From positions 1-25,166 of IMG/VR virus record IMGVR_UViG_3300036824_000010: 25,166 nucleotides of DNA; one strand, 5' to 3'. Below the pieces are notes generated by a model. It worked only from the letters and a program-made list of their open reading frames with translations. It was not told the origin of the DNA and made no database searches. Every line of letters begins with the position of its first letter. Position 1 is the first letter of the stretch. The stretch comes from a virus (Duplodnaviria; Caudoviricetes). The position numbers and the translations under genes are program-made. Positions 18,354 through 25,166 of the stretch are shown here, in pieces.

Positions 18354-18880
18354 ACGAATTTACGCATAGACTAGCAGAAGTCGTGATCGACTTACGGAAT
18401 TCGGGCAATACTGATCCTAATCGTACGGAGATCATCAATTACTTACTGGAAGGCGACCTTTTTCCGAACATTTTCTATGGGGAAGTCACTAAACGGTTTC
18501 AGGCCATCAAAAAGATTGTTGCGAGTGAAACGGGGATCTCAACGATTACTTTAATGAACGAGACATATTACAAGAAATTTCGCGAGAAAGGAGCCGTCAC
18601 CTTAGCTGAAGCGCAGATGTGTTTACCCGGTGGAAATGGGGTAAGACCGTTTGGGATCAGGTTTGCCAAGGGAGAGGATGATTTAATTTTTATAGCTTCA
18701 CTTGATCTAAAGGTTAGAAAATCCAGCGGTTATATGGCAACGGCGCTGCAAAATGCTAAAGATGGGTACGATGGCGGCTTTATTTCGAAAAAGCAGACTG
18801 GGAGGATTATCAAAGATGCGCATCGTCGGGCACTTCCACATAACATCTTGAAACTGGAGGGCAAGTCGGAAGATGAATGA
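18350..18880 (+). CDS. Hypothetical protein coupled to ParB-N gene
   Basis: ATGA overlap at 18350; 176 aa; lower GC. Confidence 0.65.
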   Translation: MNEFTHRLAEVVIDLRNSGNTDPNRTEIINYLLEGDLFPNIFYGEVTKRFQAIKKIVASETGISTITLMNETYYKKFREKGAVTLAEAQMCLPGGNGVRPFGIRFAKGEDDLIFIASLDLKVRKSSGYMATALQNAKDGYDGGFISKKQTGRIIKDAHRRALPHNILKLEGKSEDE

Positions 18881-19074
18881 CTATCATTAAGATGAAAACA
18901 ATACATAGAGGTCGAGAAATAGAGATTAACGAAATTGCAACCGGGGCATTTCGTATTATGATCGACGGGTTTTTATATCCTCCGGGCTTCTTTGACTATC
19001 GGTGTGGAACGATGGAAGCGGCTTTGGAGGCTGCTAAGAGATGGATTGATGTTCATCCGCTCGTAACGGCATGA
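18877..19074 (+). CDS. Hypothetical protein
   Basis: ATGA overlap; TMEAALEAAKRWID. Confidence 0.6.
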   Translation: MTIIKMKTIHRGREIEINEIATGAFRIMIDGFLYPPGFFDYRCGTMEAALEAAKRWIDVHPLVTA

Positions 19075-19187
19075 CCAAGCGAGCACTGCAATTCGCGTTC
19101 ATTCTGCATGCGTTGCAAAGCATCTTCATCGTTTGGGCAGTCTATTGGCTGCTTAAGCGCAAGCAAACCGTTAGTCTCTATAAATAA
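19071..19187 (+). CDS. 38-aa single-TM peptide
   Basis: MTKRALQFAFILHALQSIFIVWAVYWLLKRKQTVSLYK; ATGA-coupled. Confidence 0.45.
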   Translation: MTKRALQFAFILHALQSIFIVWAVYWLLKRKQTVSLYK

Positions 19188-19188
19188 A

Positions 19189-19374
19189 ATGACCGCCACC
19201 ATCTTTCGCAGCTTCGATAGGCTGGAGACCTACACCGCGCGCGCCCGGCGCAGTGTCGAGCTGGAGGATTACGCGCTGGCGCTGGCCGAGGTGGCCGAGG
19301 CGGCCGAGATCGCCCGCCGGCTCTGGGACGAATTACAGAAAGCTAACCAGGAAAAAGAAGCATCACATGACTGA
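19189..19374 (+). CDS. Hypothetical helical protein
   Basis: ATG at 19189 (MTATIFRSFDRLETY...). Confidence 0.55.
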   Translation: MTATIFRSFDRLETYTARARRSVELEDYALALAEVAEAAEIARRLWDELQKANQEKEASHD

Positions 19375-19630
19375 CGAAGAGCTAGAGAAACTGTGGGAAA
19401 GGCGCATAGCCCAGTTACGCGCTGAATTAGAAAGCCAGGAGCGAGAACGTGAGTACAAACGTAGAGAAAAGTCTTACCAACTCCAATACAGAATCATGAA
19501 TTGGGCCGGCATCGGCATGCTGTGGCTGTTGCTAACGGTGATTATTTCCACCTGCGCTGCGGAAAAAGCAGCTGACCTGCAGAATCAATTGATGGAACAG
19601 CGCCTGCGAGCGCTCGAACAGAAGAAATGA
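19367..19630 (+). CDS. Coiled-coil + TM protein
   Basis: MTDEELEKLWERR...WAGIGMLWLLLTVIIS. Confidence 0.6.
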   Translation: MTDEELEKLWERRIAQLRAELESQEREREYKRREKSYQLQYRIMNWAGIGMLWLLLTVIISTCAAEKAADLQNQLMEQRLRALEQKK

Positions 19631-19785
19631 ATAAAGAACCCATCATTGCCCTAGATACGGCTGACGGCGGCCTATGCTGTTTCCTCTGTCATACGGAGAT
19701 CTTAGCGGCTGAAAATCTCATCATCCTATCGACCGGCGATGGCTATTGGCCGGCGCACTGGGATTGTTTCGAAGCTACCACATGA
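19627..19785 (+). CDS. 52-aa zinc-finger protein (CxxC...HxxC)
   Basis: CFLC...AHWDCF; ATGA overlaps at both ends. Confidence 0.55.
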   Translation: MNKEPIIALDTADGGLCCFLCHTEILAAENLIILSTGDGYWPAHWDCFEATT

Positions 19786-20045
19786 AGGAGATCCGCTTTA
19801 AGGAGGTTAACGCGCCCTGTTGCGGCTGGCGCGTGGATGCGACTCAATGCCTAGACGGCGATTTTAGCCCGAAGCCGGGAGATTTCTCGGTTTGTTTCAA
19901 TTGTGGAAGCTGGCTGGTGTTTACCGATACGCAAGGGGCTGTCCGCCTAATGACGCCAGCCGATGCACCGCTGGTCGATGCGGAAAGCTTCCGGATTTTA
20001 TCTTTAACGAGAAATGAAATTCAAAAAAGAGGCAGGATAAAATGA
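19782..20045 (+). CDS. Zinc-ribbon-like hypothetical protein
   Basis: PCCG...PKPGDFSVCFNCGSWLVF. Confidence 0.6.
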   Translation: MKEIRFKEVNAPCCGWRVDATQCLDGDFSPKPGDFSVCFNCGSWLVFTDTQGAVRLMTPADAPLVDAESFRILSLTRNEIQKRGRIK

Positions 20046-20077
20046 ACACCTACAGAGAATTTCTCGCGACTAAATGA
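20042..20077 (+). pseudogene. 11-codon relic of a helicase N-terminus (MNTYREFLATK)
   Basis: ATGA-coupled on both sides; parallels MNDPYQMFLNNR of the next gene. Confidence 0.4.
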
Positions 20078-21462
20078 ATGATCCTTATCAGATGTTTCTT
20101 AATAATCGGGCGCAATACGGAGCACAAAACGGATTTGAGCCTGAGTGGATGCCGGAGTTTCTTTACGGGTTCCAAAAGCATTTAATGACTTGGGCGTTAC
20201 GCAAAGGTCGGTGTGCTATGTTTGCTGATTGCGGATTAGGCAAGACGCCGATGGCCTTAGTGTGGGCAAAAAATGTTGCATTAAAGACAGGCAAGGCTGT
20301 TCTTATTCTGACGCCTTTGGCTGTTTCACATCAGTTCGTTCGTGAAGGCGAGAAATTTGGCATCTGTGTGGAACGTTTCAACGGCAGAAAGTCATGTTCT
20401 TCTATTATCGTGACTAACTATGAAAAACTGCACCACTTCAGAGCGAGTGATTGGGGCGGGGTAGTATGCGACGAGTCATCTATATTAAAGAACTTTTCAG
20501 GCGTGACCCGAAAGGCAATCACTGAGTTTTTGCGGACAATTCCATATCGGCTTCTTGAGACGGCTACAGCGGCACCCAATGACTACATAGAGTTTGGAAC
20601 ATCAAGTGAAGCGTTAGGAGAAATGGGATATATGGACATGCTGGCGCGTTTCTTCAAGCATGATAGTGGAGCGAGTAGCAATAGAGTTTTCCGCAATAAG
20701 TTCGGTGGTAGTGCACAGCAAAACAAATGGAGGTTTAGGGGATATGCTGAGCAGGACTTCTGGCGGTGGCTTGTATCGTGGGCGAAAGCGCTAAGGAAAC
20801 CATCCGATATTGGATTCGATGATTACGGCTTTGCATTGGAACCGATAACTTACGAACAGTATGTGGTAAAGGCTCGAACGCACAGCGAAGGAATGTTGTT
20901 TGATTTGTCGGCTTGTACGCTGGAAGAACAGCGACACGAGAGACGTAGAACGATAAATGAGCGATGCGAGAAAGCGGCCGAAATCGCTAATACATCCACA
21001 GAGCCAATAGTTGCATGGTGCAGCCTGAATGATGAAGGCAGTTTGTTGAAAAAATTAATACCAGATGCAGTGGAAGTAACGGGATCAGATGCGGATGAAA
21101 AAAAAGAGGAAGCATTTGCGGCATTTGAGAGCGGTAGTGTGAGGGTGCTTGTAACGAAACCAGTGATAGGTGGATTCGGATTAAACTGGCAGCATTGCGC
21201 TAGGCAAATTTTTTTCCCATCGCACAGCTTTGAACAATGGTATCAAGCTATTAGGCGGTCATGGAGATTCGGGCAAAAGAATAAAGTAAGAGTGGATGTG
21301 ATAACTTCAGAAGGCGAATCGCGGATGCTTGAAAATCTACAACGCAAGGCAGCGGCGGCGGATAAAATGTTTTCGAATGTGATCGCGTTAATGAACAACC
21401 CTCTAAAACTTCATAGGGCAAACATACTAAGTAATAAAGAACAAGTACCGGAATGGCTATAA
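20074..21462 (+). CDS. SNF2-like SF2 helicase
   Basis: Walker A DCGLGKT, Walker B CDES, TAT motif III, GFGLNWQ, and QAIRRSWRFGQ motif VI. Confidence 0.9.
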   Translation: MNDPYQMFLNNRAQYGAQNGFEPEWMPEFLYGFQKHLMTWALRKGRCAMFADCGLGKTPMALVWAKNVALKTGKAVLILTPLAVSHQFVREGEKFGICVERFNGRKSCSSIIVTNYEKLHHFRASDWGGVVCDESSILKNFSGVTRKAITEFLRTIPYRLLETATAAPNDYIEFGTSSEALGEMGYMDMLARFFKHDSGASSNRVFRNKFGGSAQQNKWRFRGYAEQDFWRWLVSWAKALRKPSDIGFDDYGFALEPITYEQYVVKARTHSEGMLFDLSACTLEEQRHERRRTINERCEKAAEIANTSTEPIVAWCSLNDEGSLLKKLIPDAVEVTGSDADEKKEEAFAAFESGSVRVLVTKPVIGGFGLNWQHCARQIFFPSHSFEQWYQAIRRSWRFGQKNKVRVDVITSEGESRMLENLQRKAAAADKMFSNVIALMNNPLKLHRANILSNKEQVPEWL

Positions 21463-22442
21463 TTACAGATAAATATGCGCTTTACGAAGGAGATTGCATT
21501 GAGGTTATGGGAAATCTCCCAGGCGCTTGTATAGATCTGTCGATTTACAGTCCGCCTTTTGCCGGATTGTACAATTATTCGAGCAACGATCGTGATTTGT
21601 CGAATGCGCGAACTTATAATGAGTTTCTTGAGCACTATGAATTCGCAGTTAAAGAGGTATGGCGGCTGACAAAACCAGGGCGCGTAACGGCTGTGCACTG
21701 TGCGGATATTCCTTTAAATGGCGCAAATGCGGGATTTGGATTGAGAGATTTATCAGGCGATATTATTCGATTGCATCAGAAACTTAACTTCCAATACTGC
21801 GCTCGTTATCATGTGTGGAAGGAGCCTTTAGGCGTGCGAAACAGGACGATGGCAAAGGGATTGAGTCATCGACAACTTGTTGAGGATTCGACGTTATGTG
21901 ACATGGCCTCGGCGGACTATTTGATTATGTTTAGAAAAAATGGCGTGAATACGGTGCCGGTTCAGCATCCTGTGGGTCTTATGAGTTATGCTGGAGAGCG
22001 AAAAATTCCAAGGGAACTGCTACAGTTTCGGGGACATACAGGCAAACAAACCGAGAATAGATATAGTCACTGGATCTGGCGGCAGTACGCAAGCGCTTTC
22101 TGGGATGATGTACGCATAGATCGAGTGCTTCCTTACAAGGAATCAAAAGATCCGCAGGATGAGCGCCATGTTCATCCGCTTCAGCTTGATGTGATTGAGC
22201 GCGCTATTGTGTTATGGAGTAATCCGGGTGAAACGGTATTAACGCCGTTCATGGGTGTTGGTTCCGAGGTTTATGGTGCGGTGATGAACGGTAGAAAAGG
22301 TTTGGGAATAGAGCTGAAGCCGTCGTATTTCCGACAGGCGGAAAAGAATCTAAGTCATTTAATAAATGCAGAGAGAGTGCAAATGGATCTGACAGAAGGC
22401 AGCGGCGCTTTATTAAAGGATAGTGCTGATGGCTTGCTGTAA
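21453..22442 (+). CDS. DNA amino-methyltransferase, beta class (N4-C/N6-A; SPPF suggests m4C)
   Basis: GDCIEVM, DLSIYSPPF, H.HPLQ and VLTPFMGVGS...GIELK motifs. Confidence 0.9.
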   Translation: MAIITDKYALYEGDCIEVMGNLPGACIDLSIYSPPFAGLYNYSSNDRDLSNARTYNEFLEHYEFAVKEVWRLTKPGRVTAVHCADIPLNGANAGFGLRDLSGDIIRLHQKLNFQYCARYHVWKEPLGVRNRTMAKGLSHRQLVEDSTLCDMASADYLIMFRKNGVNTVPVQHPVGLMSYAGERKIPRELLQFRGHTGKQTENRYSHWIWRQYASAFWDDVRIDRVLPYKESKDPQDERHVHPLQLDVIERAIVLWSNPGETVLTPFMGVGSEVYGAVMNGRKGLGIELKPSYFRQAEKNLSHLINAERVQMDLTEGSGALLKDSADGLL

Positions 22443-22455
22443 CAACGGATTCGGT

Positions 22456-22470
22456 TAGCACTGAGTGACA
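22456..22470. promoter_or_regulatory. 15-bp palindromic box, copy 4 (TAGCACTGAGTGACA)
   Basis: Intergenic, 3 nt before the ATG at 22474. Confidence 0.6.
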
Positions 22471-22473
22471 ATT

Positions 22474-22953
22474 ATGGGAATTGATCCGAACCAGATAAAT
22501 GACGCCATGCGCCGTTGCATGGACGCGGAGGGTCGCCAGACGCTGGCCACGGCTGCTGGCCATCCGAACGCCGCGCTGACCAGTGACGAAGCGATTAAGA
22601 AACAGTTTCGACGCCTGGAACGCGAGGAGCAGCGGACGCTAGCTAGTTGGCTCAGCCTGCAGGAAGAGGCCGGGGTGCTGGTCTACGATTGGTCGGCGAC
22701 CAACCGGCGGGTGACCTGTCGCACCGGGATGCCCGATTTTCGCATCTATCGAGATGGCCGGGTGCTCTTTGGCGAGATGAAGATCGATAAAGGCTCTTTG
22801 AGCGAAGCCCAGCACCGGATACACGATCGATTGTTAGCCAGCGGTACCGAGGTCCAGATCTGGGATACAGCGGATACGGCTATTCGCCGGGTAAAAAATT
22901 GGCTGTGGACGCACTGGCGGATCTGGCAGGATGAGGATTCGGAACGCTCTTAG
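22474..22953 (+). CDS. VRR-NUC / PD-(D/E)XK nuclease (probable resolvase)
   Basis: GMPDF......LFGEMK...G.LSEAQ. Confidence 0.8.
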   Translation: MGIDPNQINDAMRRCMDAEGRQTLATAAGHPNAALTSDEAIKKQFRRLEREEQRTLASWLSLQEEAGVLVYDWSATNRRVTCRTGMPDFRIYRDGRVLFGEMKIDKGSLSEAQHRIHDRLLASGTEVQIWDTADTAIRRVKNWLWTHWRIWQDEDSERS

Positions 22954-22956
22954 AGC

Positions 22957-23133
22957 ATGAAAGAGCTGGGTACACTTTGCTTGGTAACGATCGCGGCGTT
23001 CTTCTTGGTAGTCGCCGCGCTGATCGTCTATCTGGCGTGGCTACATTACCAAATGCACCGTGCGATCGGCGACTGGCGGGTGCCCGAAGTGCTGCGCGAT
23101 GCTAAGGGGCGTCCGGTCAAGGAGCGGCGATGA
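22957..23133 (+). CDS. 58-aa membrane protein
   Basis: MKELGTLCLVTIAAFFLVVAALIVYLAWLHY... Confidence 0.55.
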   Translation: MKELGTLCLVTIAAFFLVVAALIVYLAWLHYQMHRAIGDWRVPEVLRDAKGRPVKERR

Positions 23134-23309
23134 GCAACTGGAAACCTTGCGCGGTCACCTCCTGTCTACGCCCAGCGCGCACTCGCGGACTTTGTGAGGC
23201 GCACTACAAGCGCCGAAAGTACAGCAAGATCGGCTTGGCGCCGGAGCTCCCGATCGGCGGCTATATCGGCAAGCGCGAAATAGCCTTAAAACGCTTGACC
23301 GCTGCTTAG
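23130..23309 (+). CDS. 59-aa zinc-finger protein (Cx4C...CxxH)
   Basis: CAVTSCLRPARTRGLCEAHYKR; ATGA-coupled; its TAG begins palindrome copy 5. Confidence 0.6.
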   Translation: MSNWKPCAVTSCLRPARTRGLCEAHYKRRKYSKIGLAPELPIGGYIGKREIALKRLTAA

Positions 23310-23325
23310 CACTCAGTGCTACGCT
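23295..23325 (+). promoter_or_regulatory. Putative promoter containing perfect palindromic box copy 5 (TAGCACTCAGTGCTA, 23307-23321)
   Basis: TTGACC at 23295-23300 and extended -10 TGcTACGCT at 23317-23325 (19-nt spacer, long). The palindrome fills the spacer and overlaps the -10. Confidence 0.55.
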
Positions 23326-23341
23326 GCCCGAGTCTTTGAAA

Positions 23342-23382
23342 CACGAAAACCGCGGAACTTTGGAAGGCCCCGCGGTTTCGTG
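23342..23382 (+). other. GC-rich stem-loop in leader of replication genes
   Basis: CACGAAAACCGCGG pairs with CCGCGGTTTCGTG (one bulged A). Confidence 0.6.
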
Positions 23383-23501
23383 CAATGAAAGAAAGGTAGC
23401 GACCCATGATGAACTCAGCAACCGCACCCCCCTCGACGAGCCGACCGTATCGTTTCTATCCCGAAGCGTCAAGCACAGCCTCATAACTGGAGCGCAGAGC
23501 C

Positions 23502-24116
23502 GTGGCTGAGGCGCACACCTTTGTTTATGCTCCAGAGATAGAGGCAGGCATTGTTTCGATCTGCTGGCATGAGCCCGAACGGTTGGCCACCATTTACCGC
23601 GAGCTTGATCCGACGGTCCACTTCACTCAGCCGCATTTGCGCCACATCCTGGAAGCAATAGATCTGGCGTACAGGGATTTGGGCGAAGTCAGTTGGCAGG
23701 CGGTGATTCACGTTTTGCGTGAGACTGGGCATCTGGAAGATTGCGGCGGCCTGGATGGGTGCAACCAGATCTACCGGATCGAGGAAGAGGGCAGTGACCT
23801 TGTGTCTGTCGAGCCCGATGTTCGCGTACCAAAACCCGATTGGGCGGAGCGAACGGAGAAGGTTTTTCGTCATTACCTCGCAATGCTCAAAACCTATGCG
23901 GTCCATCGCAACATGGATCCGCCACAGCCGGTTATTCGGTTCACTGGTGGTGAGCTTTATCTTTCGTTGAACAAAACCAAAACAAAAGACTCCGATCCGG
24001 ATTTAGTCGGCCATGGCAAGGTTGCTGGGTTGAGCTATAAAGCTGCTGCCTGGATAACGACTGATCCACGAGCTGGCGATTCGCTTCGGGTCAGCCTGTT
24101 ACCCACTCATGGATGA
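23502..24116 (+). CDS. DnaB N-terminal-like domain fused to a DUF736/SSB-like domain
   Basis: APEIEAGIV...F..PHLRHILEAI...L.ETGHLEDCGG (DnaB-N pattern), then N..K..DSDPDLVG...G..Y..AAW. Confidence 0.6.
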   Translation: MAEAHTFVYAPEIEAGIVSICWHEPERLATIYRELDPTVHFTQPHLRHILEAIDLAYRDLGEVSWQAVIHVLRETGHLEDCGGLDGCNQIYRIEEEGSDLVSVEPDVRVPKPDWAERTEKVFRHYLAMLKTYAVHRNMDPPQPVIRFTGGELYLSLNKTKTKDSDPDLVGHGKVAGLSYKAAAWITTDPRAGDSLRVSLLPTHG

Positions 24117-25166
24117 AGAACAAGATCGGTGGTCCCGGTTCCGTGAACAATTCCATCACACTGATGACGTTCGCCCAGAAAATTTCGAACTCAAAGGGCG
24201 TTCAATCGTTGATTATCTGGATATCGGTATTGATCCGGAAACAAACCTCTTGGGTAACCGTTGGCTCACTCGGGAGGGATCACTGTTTATCGTAGCGCCC
24301 AGCGGTCACGGCAAGAGCTCGCTTTGCATTCAATGCATGATCCATTGGGCAATCGGTCGCGTGGCCTTTGGGATCAAGCCCGCGCGACCCTTGAGAATTC
24401 TGTTATTGGAGAGCGAAGACGACGACGCCGATAATAAAGCATTTGTGCAGGTATTGAGAACCATGCAACTAACCGAAATCGAGTGGGATCTGCTCCACAA
24501 AAATACCCGGATCGAGTTCCGACGTGATCTTACCGGGAACCGTTTCTTTGAAGCTGCCGAGCAATTTCTTTCCCAGTTCACCTGCGACATTTTCATGGTC
24601 AATCCGCTGACCGGCTTTTGTACGTTACAACTCACTGATGAGGCGGCTATGGCTGATTTTTTACGTGCCAAACTTAATGCCCTGATGGTCAAGTATGACT
24701 GCGCTCCGATCATCGTGGCGCATATGCCAAAAGGCCAAGTCGCCGAGATCAGCAACAAGGAATGGTACGAATGGATGTATACCCTTCAAGGTTGCGTTAC
24801 CCTGACCAACTGGGCCAGAGCGATCCTCGTTTTTGTGCCCTGTAAGGTTCGCGGTACTTATCGCTTTATTACCGCGAAGCGGCCGGCACAGTCGGGTTGG
24901 ATTCAGCCTGAATACTTTTTCGCTCACTCCAGAAAAAACGTTGAAGTCAATCACGAGGCTTTTGAAATCATTGAATGGGTGCCGGCAACCGATGCGGAAA
25001 TTAAGGAAGCTGTCCCGGAGCCGAAGGTCAAGAAAACCTTGGTAACCATGGAACAAATCCACTCGAAAATGAGTCTGGCCGAGGACTATACCAGGGAGTC
25101 TTTCCGAGTTTGGTGCAAAGAAAAATTCCAGATCGGCTATCACGCCGCTGATGATTTCCGGGCGGC
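24109..25166 (+). CDS. AAA_25/RepA-type (RecA-fold) replicative helicase, 3' truncated
   Basis: Absent from the track because it has no stop in the window. Reads MDEEQDRW..., Walker A APSGHGKS, ILLLESED, VNPL, IIVAHMPK and G...LTNWARA. Confidence 0.85.
   Translation, partial: MDEEQDRWSRFREQFHHTDDVRPENFELKGRSIVDYLDIGIDPETNLLGNRWLTREGSLFIVAPSGHGKSSLCIQCMIHWAIGRVAFGIKPARPLRILLLESEDDDADNKAFVQVLRTMQLTEIEWDLLHKNTRIEFRRDLTGNRFFEAAEQFLSQFTCDIFMVNPLTGFCTLQLTDEAAMADFLRAKLNALMVKYDCAPIIVAHMPKGQVAEISNKEWYEWMYTLQGCVTLTNWARAILVFVPCKVRGTYRFITAKRPAQSGWIQPEYFFAHSRKNVEVNHEAFEIIEWVPATDAEIKEAVPEPKVKKTLVTMEQIHSKMSLAEDYTRESFRVWCKEKFQIGYHAADDFRA

Noticed and set aside
14069-23321. CRISPR array or integron attC sites from the repeated palindrome
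   Set aside because: Copies are only 15 bp and irregularly spaced 0.85-5.3 kb apart, with no cas or integrase genes and no attC R/L box structure.
24113-25143. Track ORFs 24113..24295, 24330..24758, 24661..25143 and 24833..25045
   Set aside because: All overlap the AAA_25 helicase frame starting at 24109, which the track omits because it has no stop in the window.
1-25166. Stop-codon reassignment (alternative genetic code)
   Set aside because: Genes tile densely under code 11, and TAA, TAG and TGA all terminate plausible ORFs.

Overview
The window is a contiguous piece of a tailed dsDNA phage or prophage with nearly all genes on the + strand. Bases 1-13318 are the late/structural module. 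It holds Mu gp36/gpG-like neck genes, a tail terminator and tube, a tail assembly chaperone with a -1 slippery site, a short tape measure, baseplate-type proteins, a repeat-rich fibre ending in a C1q/TNF-like domain, and a 1243-aa collagen fibre with ten CBM5/12-like modules. Bases ~13320-14100 are a compact divergent control region built on ribbon-helix-helix (RHH) proteins. Bases 14098-25166 are an early/replication module: a putative annealase, ParB-N protein, SNF2-like helicase plus N4C/N6A methyltransferase, VRR-NUC nuclease, DnaB-N fusion and AAA_25/RepA-type helicase. The most notable signal not explained by the ORFs is a 15-bp palindrome, consensus T(A/G)GCACT-S-AGTG(A/C)(C/T)A, found five times, only in the early region and mostly at gene boundaries or a promoter. 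Other observations are a 'ribbon-less' RHH peptide, a likely ATT start codon, a relic helicase N-terminus and low-GC swapped tail modules. All family names come from motif recognition by eye, not database searches. No integrase, lysis cassette, capsid/terminase, tRNA or CRISPR was seen.
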